From Alphaproteobacteria bacterium (GTDB lineage: Bacteria; Pseudomonadota; Alphaproteobacteria; SP197), in contig OZ219917.1 of NCBI GenBank assembly GCA_964291415.2, positions 256,001-320,000 of the forward strand: 64,000 nt of DNA. Direction: 5' to 3'. Below the pieces are notes generated by a model. It had not been told where the DNA came from. It did not search any database and saw nothing but the letters and a program-made list of their open reading frames with translations. Positions 29,620 through 37,688 of this stretch are shown here, in pieces (within the stretch, counting starts at the first letter, position 1; every line of letters starts with the position of its first letter). The position numbers and the translations under genes are program-made.

Positions 29620-30503
29620 CACGCGGATTCCTCGAGGCTGCTGATGCACTGGCGAATGGCCCGCGCTGTCAGCGTTGCAACCATGTCAGTTCGGTACTCC
29701 TTGCTGGCGCGTATATCCGAAATCGCCCGTGCAGCGCTGGCGGCTTCCTCCCCGGCATTCGTCGTCACGCCGTTGTTCACGCTGCTCAAGTCACGACCCA
29801 CCAACGCCTCTTCCGCCCCGGTCACGCGTATGACCGACGGCGCCACGGCACCCAGCGCCACGCCGGCCTGCTCGATCCGGTTGCCTGAGTTCACCTTGAG
29901 GAACACGGCCGAGCTGACGAGCGCAATGTCGACGACAGTCCGTGCCACACGGTCATAGTGCGCCGCCACCTTGCCGTCGGCGCCTGGAACATAGATCTCC
30001 GTCAGTATCTCGGACTCTGCAAGCGCCGTCTCGTTCACTCCGAGATGGAAATCCTCAAGCGGCATGTCGCGCTCGCCATCTGGACCGACGAGCCTGCAAC
30101 GGGCACCCATGGCGACGAGTGGCGGCGTCAGGTCGGCCGAAGGCGACGCATGACACATGTTGCCGCCGACCGTTGCGATCGTGCGGGTCTGCTTCGTACA
30201 CATGAGACGGGCCGTGTATCCCAGCGTCGCGGCGAGCGGATTGAGATCCGACTTGAGATCAAGGTCGTCAAGGCTTGCCATGGCGCCGATCCTCAACGCG
30301 TCTCCGGAACTCTCGATGTACCTCAGCGCCGGTACGTACGTGAGATCGATGCAGTAATCGAACGCGACCTCACGGCGATTCCACAGAAGCATCAAGTCGG
30401 TGCCGCCCGCCCAGAATCTGGCGCGGTCTCCGTGGGCGGCCTTCATCTCCACGGCTTCGCCGACGGTCTCGGGTCTGAGATACTCGAATGAACGAATCAC
30501 CAT
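29619..30503 (-). CDS. Xanthine dehydrogenase-family FAD-binding medium subunit
   Basis: FEYLRP, AGGTDL, TVGGNMCHASPSAD, DIRASKEYR. Confidence 0.92.
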   Translation of the reverse strand: MVIRSFEYLRPETVGEAVEMKAAHGDRARFWAGGTDLMLLWNRREVAFDYCIDLTYVPALRYIESSGDALRIGAMASLDDLDLKSDLNPLAATLGYTARLMCTKQTRTIATVGGNMCHASPSADLTPPLVAMGARCRLVGPDGERDMPLEDFHLGVNETALAESEILTEIYVPGADGKVAAHYDRVARTVVDIALVSSAVFLKVNSGNRIEQAGVALGAVAPSVIRVTGAEEALVGRDLSSVNNGVTTNAGEEAASAARAISDIRASKEYRTDMVATLTARAIRQCISSLEESA

Positions 30504-30601
30504 GTTTGCCGTCCCGTCCCAGCATGCGCCGCCTTGTTGCCCGGCGGATTCAAGCGGTGCTCGTATCCTATCACAAGGACCCCGCATCCGCCGCAAAATG
30601 C

Positions 30602-30910
30602 TCAAGAGGCAATCGACTGTGCCGCTTTGACCGCATTCCAGGCATTGGTGCAGGGCTCAAGGTTCGGACCGAGACTCTCCCAGACGTTCAGCTTGTTGAC
30701 GTACTCAGGATCATCCTGATGGACTGCGACGCACTTCTCGGAAGTCATGCAGGCCTTGGCCGATGCCTCGTTGGCCAGCGAATGGCCGGTGACCCGACAA
30801 ACCCCGCATTGCTGCGGACAGAGGTCGTCCCAGCCCTCTATGCGGGAACGATTGATCGGGTCCAGAAATCCCGCAGCGATCGGGGCGCCCGTCGAGTCAA
30901 TCAGCGCCAA
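30602..30910 (-). pseudogene. Probable internally deleted remnant of a PotD-like substrate-binding protein
   Basis: GFLDPINRSRIEGWDDL (N-lobe-like) is joined to DDPEYVNKLNVW..NAWNAVKA (typical C-terminus). Only 102 aa, with no signal peptide. Confidence 0.5.
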
Positions 30911-31794
30911 TGGCGAGGCTTGAAGTCGGGCTCTACCGCCTCATCGAGCTTTCCGACGATGAAGTTGACCAGCCGGTTGACCGGGTCGGTTTGGTTGAAG
31001 TGTTTGCAATAGAGGCCGACATGAATCTCGGCCAACGGCGGAAATCCATGCTTCTCCCCCAGGGTCCTCATTCCCTGCAGGTAAGTCCGCTTTGTCAGAG
31101 CGCTGATCCCCAGTCCTGCGAGCACCGCGTTCTGCAGACCCGATATTCCGGGACTGCAGTAGGCCAGACGCCAATCCCGGTGCACTGAACTCAGTGCCTG
31201 TGTCATGCGGTTGCGGTACTCGCACCCCTCGGGATGAGCGACAATCGGGACGGGAGACTGCCGGTGCGGACTTCCCTTCCTGGCAGTGACCCAGATCGGC
31301 CTTTCGACCCATTCCCGCGCCAGGTTCCGCTTGGCGCGTTCGCTCGTCATGGCGATGATGACATCCAGCGCGTCCCGTTCCAGGCCGTCAAGGAGGTCGC
31401 GGCTCAGTTCGCAATGGATCTCGAACGTGATTTCCGGCTGGAGTTTCGCAAACTGCGTCAGCACGTCCTGGAAGAAGGCAACAGCGTAGTCGGTAGGCAG
31501 ACCGACCCGAAGTTGCCCCGCGACACTCCGCCGGGTGGTGCGGGAAAGCGCCTCGTCGTTCAGGCTGAGGATCTGGCGGGCATACACCATGAGGAACTCC
31601 CCTGCCTCGGTGAGGTGCAGTTCCCGCCCGACGCTTGTGATCAGCTTGGCCTGAGCGACTTCTTCCAGGCGGCGAATCTGAAGGCTGACGGCAGGCTGCG
31701 TCCGCCTCAGGACTTCCGCCGCGCGCGTGTAGCTGCCAAGGTCGATGACCGTTGCGAAAGTCCGGAGAAGCTCCATTGGGAGGTCTCGTTTCAT
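30901..31794 (-). CDS. LysR-family transcriptional regulator
   Basis: HTH SYTRAAEVLRRTQPAVSLQIRRLE, LTEAGE; divergent from creatininase. Confidence 0.93.
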   Translation of the reverse strand: MKRDLPMELLRTFATVIDLGSYTRAAEVLRRTQPAVSLQIRRLEEVAQAKLITSVGRELHLTEAGEFLMVYARQILSLNDEALSRTTRRSVAGQLRVGLPTDYAVAFFQDVLTQFAKLQPEITFEIHCELSRDLLDGLERDALDVIIAMTSERAKRNLAREWVERPIWVTARKGSPHRQSPVPIVAHPEGCEYRNRMTQALSSVHRDWRLAYCSPGISGLQNAVLAGLGISALTKRTYLQGMRTLGEKHGFPPLAEIHVGLYCKHFNQTDPVNRLVNFIVGKLDEAVEPDFKPRHWR

Positions 31795-31944
31795 TCGATC
31801 GACGAATCCCGTCTCCGCGGTGCCGACGGCACCTTCACAACCATACCATCATTTATGGATCTATCACGACTATAAATTTTGCGAGCATGGCAGAAAACCC
31901 CATTCAATGGCATTGTTTGTCGATGGCTCCGGAGAGAACGCGCC

Positions 31945-32751
31945 ATGGACGACGGAACAGTACTTGCCTACGAGCTCACCTGGCCTGAATACGACAGGAG
32001 GATGCGGGACGGTCGCACGCCTCTGATCGTGCCGATCGGTGCGCTGGAGCAGCACGGCCATCACATGCCCCTGCACGTGGACGTGCTGTTGCCGAACGAG
32101 TTTGCGCAGCGGGTCGCCCGGCGGACCGGAGCACTGGTCGCCCAGCCGTTCACCTATGGCTACAAGTCCCATCCGAAATCGGGCGGCGGCAACCACCTTC
32201 CGGGCACGACCAGTCTCGACGGTGCGACGCTGGTGAGCGCACTCAAGGACGTAATCAAGGAATTCGTGCGCCACGGAGTTCGCAAGATCGCGCTGATGAA
32301 CGGTCACTACGAGAATTCATGGTTCATCATCGAAGGCGTTGATGTCGCCTTGCGCGAACTGAGATGGGACGGTGTCAAGGACGTGAAGATCGTCGTGCTG
32401 TCGTACTGGGACTTTGTGAACGACGAGACCATCGAGAAACTGTATCCGGATGGCTTTACGGGGTGGGACCTCGAACACGGCGGTGTTCTCGAGACGTCAC
32501 TGATGCTCGCGCTGTTTCCCCATCTCGTCCAGATGGAGAAGGCCGTCGACCACCCGCCGGCCAGCTTTCCACCCTACGACGTCTACCCGGTCAAGCCTGA
32601 CTGGATTCCTGCAAGCGGGACGCTGTCGTCACCAAAGAACGCGACGAAGGAAAAGGGCGAGATCCTGCTCGAGGTCTGCACGGACGGCATTGTCGATGCT
32701 CTCAGCAGGGAATTCTCGGATGGACCGGACATGCAGGTCACGGCTGCGTAG
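31945..32751 (+). CDS. crnA: Creatininase (creatinine amidohydrolase)
   Basis: ELTWPEY, PIGALEQHGHHMPLHVD, YGYKS.PKSGGG, NGHYEN, WDLEHGGVLETSLML. Confidence 0.93.
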   Translation: MDDGTVLAYELTWPEYDRRMRDGRTPLIVPIGALEQHGHHMPLHVDVLLPNEFAQRVARRTGALVAQPFTYGYKSHPKSGGGNHLPGTTSLDGATLVSALKDVIKEFVRHGVRKIALMNGHYENSWFIIEGVDVALRELRWDGVKDVKIVVLSYWDFVNDETIEKLYPDGFTGWDLEHGGVLETSLMLALFPHLVQMEKAVDHPPASFPPYDVYPVKPDWIPASGTLSSPKNATKEKGEILLEVCTDGIVDALSREFSDGPDMQVTAA

Positions 32752-32822
32752 ACGTCTGCAGATGGAGGGGGTGAGGATCCGACAGTGAAGTTCGAACCCG
32801 TCACCTCCAACCCGCGCGGAAT

Positions 32823-34037
32823 CTAGTTCCTGATGATGTTGTGATCCGGACCGTAGGGGAAACCGGTAATGTTCTCGGCGCCCTTCTCGGTGACCACCAG
32901 GATGTCGTGTTCACGGTAGCCACCGGCTCCAGGCTCACCTTCGGGCAGCATGATCATCGGTTCCATGGAGACGACCATTCCCGGCCTGAGTTCCGTTTCG
33001 ACGTCCTCTCGCAACTCGACGCCTGCCTCACGGCCATAGTAGTGGCACAGCACGCCGAACGAGTGGCCGTATCCGAACGAACGGTACTTGAGGAGATCCC
33101 ATCCGCGATACATCTCGTTGAGTTCGGCGGCTATGTCGCAGCAGCGAGCACCGGGCCTTATCAGCTTCAGCCCTTTCTCATGCACGGCGACGTTCTTTTC
33201 CCAGAGGTCCAGGTGGACGTCTGACGCGTGGTCGCAAAACAAGGTGCGTTCCAGGGCCGTGTAGTAGCCAAAGATCATCGGGAAGGCATTGAGGCTGAGA
33301 ATGTCGCCGGATTCGATCCGTCTGTTGGTGACCGGATTGTGGGCACCGTCGGTATTGATTCCCGACTGGAACCAGGTCCACGTATCCATGGGCTCGACAT
33401 AGGGATGGTTGCTGGCAATCTCCCTCACCATCGCGTCCGTTGTTGCGATAGCCACCTCGTGTTCGGGAACACCTGCCGCAATCGCGTCGACGCATGCCCA
33501 GCCGCCTATGTCACAGGTCCGCGCGCCCTCCTTGATGAGCTCAATCTCTTCCTCGGACTTGATGGTGCGCATCCACATTGAGGGTTGGGCGCAATCGACG
33601 AGCTCCACTGCCGGCAGCGCCTCCTCAAGAAGCCGCCTGTAGTCAAGATTGACATGATCGAACTCAATTCCGAGCCGCTTGACGCCGGGAGTGAGCTGCT
33701 TCAATGCCCGGAAGAAGCTGTCGCGCCGCCAGTCGGTGTAGGTGACGTTGTCGCCATAGGTCCGTCGCCAGGGCTGTCCTCCGTCGATGCCGGCAGAGAT
33801 GGTCACCGCCTTGTCGTGATCGATAACCATGCCGTACTTGCGACCGAAATAGCAGTAGAGCCACCCGGAGTAGTAGTTGATGCAGTGATACGAGGTGAAC
33901 AGCACGGCATCGACGTCCTCGGATGACATCCATTGACGGATGGCGTCCTGTCGGCGTTGCATTTCCGCCTCCGAGAAGGGTGAATACTCCTTGTCGCCGT
34001 TGTGCCATTTCGTGACATGAAGCATGTCGTCGGTCAT
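32823..34037 (-). CDS. Creatinase (creatine amidinohydrolase, M24 fold)
   Basis: WHNGDK, FTSYHCINYYSG, DGGQPWRR, WFQSGINTDGAHNP, GAGGYREHDIL, FPYGPDHNII. Confidence 0.95.
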   Translation of the reverse strand: MTDDMLHVTKWHNGDKEYSPFSEAEMQRRQDAIRQWMSSEDVDAVLFTSYHCINYYSGWLYCYFGRKYGMVIDHDKAVTISAGIDGGQPWRRTYGDNVTYTDWRRDSFFRALKQLTPGVKRLGIEFDHVNLDYRRLLEEALPAVELVDCAQPSMWMRTIKSEEEIELIKEGARTCDIGGWACVDAIAAGVPEHEVAIATTDAMVREIASNHPYVEPMDTWTWFQSGINTDGAHNPVTNRRIESGDILSLNAFPMIFGYYTALERTLFCDHASDVHLDLWEKNVAVHEKGLKLIRPGARCCDIAAELNEMYRGWDLLKYRSFGYGHSFGVLCHYYGREAGVELREDVETELRPGMVVSMEPMIMLPEGEPGAGGYREHDILVVTEKGAENITGFPYGPDHNIIRN

Positions 34038-34599
34038 CGCGAACACCCATTTTCAGTTGTCAAGTCAGCAAGATTGAGGACGTTACGCGATTCCGTTTGC
34101 GCGACGCAATTTGTTCTTCTTATGCCATGATTAGTCGGTTGAATGTGCTATCGAAAGCAACACTATCGCTCGGCATGGAGTCTTGACCTTGCAACCCGAG
34201 AAAGGTTGTCGGGTGCGTTTGCGTGTCACCATCGAACGAGTGTGTCGGATCACTGCGAATTCCGTGATCACCACCATGTGACCCGCATTGGATTGCTTCG
34301 CCGCTTCATCGTCACGGATTCCGGGGTGGACGAGATCACGACCACGCCTCGCCTCTTCTGGTAGCGCGAACTCCGCAAGGCGGTGTGGCAGCGGCCCGGC
34401 GATGGATCGACATGTCGCACGTGATCGGCTGCCGCAAGCAGGGGATGATCATTGAACCGCGCCAGGGAATGGCCGGCAGCGGCAATCAGGAAGGTCACAC
34501 GGGGTGTGAAACCGCAGGGAGGTCGGTGAGCGGTGGTCGTTGCGCCCGCCGGCCTTGTCGAACCGGTTCATGTCACCCGACCGACGTGCCGGCCCTCGC

Positions 34600-35382
34600 C
34601 TACGGTCCGTAGGCTCCTGCCGTCGCGTCGTTCCCGCCGTCGACAACCAGCGTCGTCCCGGTCACGTAGCTCGCCTCATCGGAGGCCAGAAACAGAATGC
34701 ACCGGGCAACCTCACCGGCACTGGCAACGCGGCGCATCGGGATGCCGGCGGCGAAGTTCCGCAGGTTCTCGTCGAAGTCTCCCCCCTGGTCGTGCAGCAT
34801 CCTGTCCAGCATCTCCGTATGGGTCTCGCCCGGGCACACGGCGTTCACCCGGATACCCTCGGCCGCATGATCGAGCGCCATGCAGCGGGTCATCTGCACG
34901 ATGGCACCCTTGCTGGTGCAATAGGCGACGTAGTTCGCCTCCCCGTTCAGGCCCCATTCCGATGCCGTATTCACGATGCAGCCGCTTCCCTGCGCACTCA
35001 TCTGCCTGAGGGCAGCGCGACTCATGAAGAAGACGGAGCTGACGTTGACCGTCATCGTCTCGTCCCAGGCGTGATCCGATGTCGTGAGGGCCGTGCCTTC
35101 GTGGAGAACCCCGGCATTGTTCACAAGGATGTCGAGACGGCCGAAGCGATGGACACATTCGGACACCAAACGGTCGCACTCGGCACGCTCCGACAGGTCC
35201 GCCTGGCAGAACTCGGCAGTACCTCCGTGTCCCGCAATCTCCGCACAGATGTTTGCGCCTCGTTCCGCATTGCGCCCGGTGACCAGCACCCGGGCCCCCT
35301 GTGCCGCAAAGGCTCGGACACTCGCCTCGCCGATCCCCGTGGTGGAGCCTGTCACCAGCACTGACTTGTCGCTAAAGCTCAT
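34600..35382 (-). CDS. Short-chain dehydrogenase/reductase
   Basis: TGSTTGIG, NNAG, YCTSK, NAVCPG. Confidence 0.9.
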   Translation of the reverse strand: MSFSDKSVLVTGSTTGIGEASVRAFAAQGARVLVTGRNAERGANICAEIAGHGGTAEFCQADLSERAECDRLVSECVHRFGRLDILVNNAGVLHEGTALTTSDHAWDETMTVNVSSVFFMSRAALRQMSAQGSGCIVNTASEWGLNGEANYVAYCTSKGAIVQMTRCMALDHAAEGIRVNAVCPGETHTEMLDRMLHDQGGDFDENLRNFAAGIPMRRVASAGEVARCILFLASDEASYVTGTTLVVDGGNDATAGAYGP

Positions 35383-35652
35383 CGTGCTTCCTCTGGCTTT
35401 CGTGGATCGTTTTCTCAAGGACGATGGTACCACTTGGGCATGTGTTCGTCAGGCGCTCACGCCGCACCGGACGACGAATGGCGCCGCTTCTTCAACGAAC
35501 CGTGCGCCCATGCAGTCTCACAACAGTGATCGAAGGCGCCATTGTGTTAACGTCGGGCACATTCGTCTAACCTCCAAGAGTGCCATGCGTGAGGCACGGA
35601 CCGTTCGGTATGTCGCTGCGTGTGGCGAGCTCGATTCACCACGGGTCACGTC

Positions 35653-36072
35653 ATGCTCACCTACACCACCGCATCGATGCTTGAAGAACTCTCCGAATGG
35701 CCGCCAATTGCCGAGATTCCGGGTGCCCGTGTGCTACAGGGCGAGCCTCGCCATTTCGGGCGCCTGGACATCGGGGATTTCGAATCCGACTTCATGCTGG
35801 GTGTGTGGGAGTGCACGGAAGGGACATTCGAATGGACCGAGGTCGGCTTCGAGTTGCAGACACTTGTGGCGGGGCGTCTTCGCATTACCGAGCAGGACGG
35901 CACCGTGCATGATCTTGCCGCGGGCGACACCTACTTCACGCGCAAGGGAGACTGCATGACCTGGGAGGTCATCGAAAGGATCAAGAAGGTCTTCTTTGCC
36001 TTCAACAGCGAGGGTGCCTTCGCCGCCGCATTCGGGCGATTGACGTCCGGCGACCGGGTGCTTCGCGTCTGA
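35653..36072 (+). CDS. Cupin domain protein (DUF861-like)
   Basis: GVWECTEG, ELQTLVAGR, AGDTYF, WEV..KKVF. Confidence 0.82.
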   Translation: MLTYTTASMLEELSEWPPIAEIPGARVLQGEPRHFGRLDIGDFESDFMLGVWECTEGTFEWTEVGFELQTLVAGRLRITEQDGTVHDLAAGDTYFTRKGDCMTWEVIERIKKVFFAFNSEGAFAAAFGRLTSGDRVLRV

Positions 36073-36216
36073 CAGGCGTGCCAACCGTTCAGGAGTCGGG
36101 AGCATCGCATCCCTGCGGCCTGAATCGTGGCACACGGCCTCATCCACAACACAATCCCGCCCCACTGGATGTAACAGGGCATCCTCGCCGTCACACTTCC
36201 TTGGTGCCGAGGAGGC

Positions 36217-36323
36217 GCTGGCCGGCTTTTCGGTGCTTGTTCGCTGTCTCGGCGATATGATCGCGGCACTCGATCTCAATCCGGTGATCGCCGTCGATGC
36301 CCTCGTCGTGCCAAGCGCCTGAT
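36217..36323 (+). repeat. Direct repeat, right copy (displaced and decayed 3' end of the acyl-CoA ligase gene)
   Basis: Translates LAGFSVLVRCLGDMIAALDLNPVIAVDALVVPSA*, homologous to 21562-21689. Confidence 0.9.
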
Positions 36324-36344
36324 TGACACAACCGGGAGGGAAGC

Positions 36345-37514
36345 ATGGCCATCATCAACCGGATCGCGGACTGGCAGGCCGACATGACCCGCTGGCGGCG
36401 CGACATTCATGCGCACCCGGAAACGGCCTTCGAGGAAACCAGGACCTCCGAGGTGGTCGCGGGCCTGCTCGACACGTTCGGCATCGAGGTCCATCGCGGC
36501 CTGGCCGGCACCGGCGTGGTGGGAACGCTGAAATCCGGCGACGGAGCGAGGCATATCGGCCTCAGGGCCGATCTCGACGCCCTCGACCTCCACGAGAAGA
36601 ACGATTTCGACCACCGCTCGACCCACGACGGGAAGATGCATGCCTGCGGTCATGACGGCCACACCGCCATGCTGCTGGGAGCGGCGCGCTATCTCTCCGA
36701 GACACGCAACTTCGACGGCACGGTCCACTTCATCTTCCAGCCCGCCGAGGAGAACGAGGGGGGCGGCCGGGTGATGATCGAGGACGGCCTCTTCGATCTC
36801 TTTCCCTGCGAGGAAGTCTACGGCATGCACAACGCACCGGGTCTCGAGGTCGGGCGCTTCGCCGTGCGCGAGGGGCCGTTTCTCGCTGCATTCGACATCT
36901 TCGAAGTGGTCATCAAGGGCACCGGCACCCATGCCGCCATGCCCGATCGCGGCGCCGATCCCATGGTCCCGGCCGCCCAGGCAGTGCTGGCGCTCCAGGC
37001 GCTGGCATCGCGCGAGATCTCGCCGCTCGACACCGTCGTCATCAGCGTCACGCAGATCCATGGCGGCGACACCTGGAATGTCATTCCCGACGAGATCGTC
37101 CTGAGGGGAACCTGCCGGTGGTTCGAGGAGTCGGTCAGGGACGCCCTCGAGACATCCATGCGGCGCATCGTGGAGAGCATCGCGTCGGCCCACCGCTGCG
37201 AGGCCACCCTGCACTACGAGCGCCGCTATCCGGCGACGGTCAACAGTGAGCAGCAGACGGCCTTCGCCAGCGAGGTTGCCGCCGGACTCGTCGGCACAGG
37301 GAACGTGGAGAGATCGCACCAGCCGGTGATGGGATCGGAGGACTTCGCCTTCATGCTTCAGGAGAAACCCGGCTGCTACATTCTGATCGGCAACGGATCC
37401 GCCGAGGGCGGCTGCCTTCTCCACAATCCGCACTACGACTTCAACGACGACATCCTCGCCCTGGGAGCGAGCTACTGGGCACGCATCGCGGAATCGGCGC
37501 TGCCCCGGCCCTGA
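36345..37514 (+). CDS. M20D amidohydrolase (hippurate hydrolase-like)
   Basis: HAHPE, LRADLDAL, MHACGHDGH, FQPAEE, GSEDF, LHNPHYDFND. Confidence 0.93.
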   Translation: MAIINRIADWQADMTRWRRDIHAHPETAFEETRTSEVVAGLLDTFGIEVHRGLAGTGVVGTLKSGDGARHIGLRADLDALDLHEKNDFDHRSTHDGKMHACGHDGHTAMLLGAARYLSETRNFDGTVHFIFQPAEENEGGGRVMIEDGLFDLFPCEEVYGMHNAPGLEVGRFAVREGPFLAAFDIFEVVIKGTGTHAAMPDRGADPMVPAAQAVLALQALASREISPLDTVVISVTQIHGGDTWNVIPDEIVLRGTCRWFEESVRDALETSMRRIVESIASAHRCEATLHYERRYPATVNSEQQTAFASEVAAGLVGTGNVERSHQPVMGSEDFAFMLQEKPGCYILIGNGSAEGGCLLHNPHYDFNDDILALGASYWARIAESALPRP

Positions 37515-37688
37515 TCATGCCGGCGCCCGGGAGCAGGCTGTTCGGCAGCCATCTTCGCTTGCGTGGACGAAGGACATCGGCGTGGCGACGTCCACGCGGC
37601 CGGCTTCCAAGAACGCCGCAGCGGCAAGGTTCAGGCGGCCTGAAACTCGGGTCGCGCCGTTTCCCTGAATTCCGGAGCTTGCAGTGCG

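Larger units (their letters stand above)
21690..36216. mobile_element. Probable horizontally acquired catabolic island (creatinine/creatine utilisation); no integrase visible
   Basis: Bracketed by a duplicated gene 3' end. The sequence looks more AT-rich by eye (especially 22-26.4 kb) and contains gene remnants. Confidence 0.6.

Noticed and set aside
26693-30503. Aerobic CO dehydrogenase (coxMSL)
   Set aside because: The gene order is similar, but the form I AYxCSFR active-site loop is absent. Called only as xanthine dehydrogenase family.
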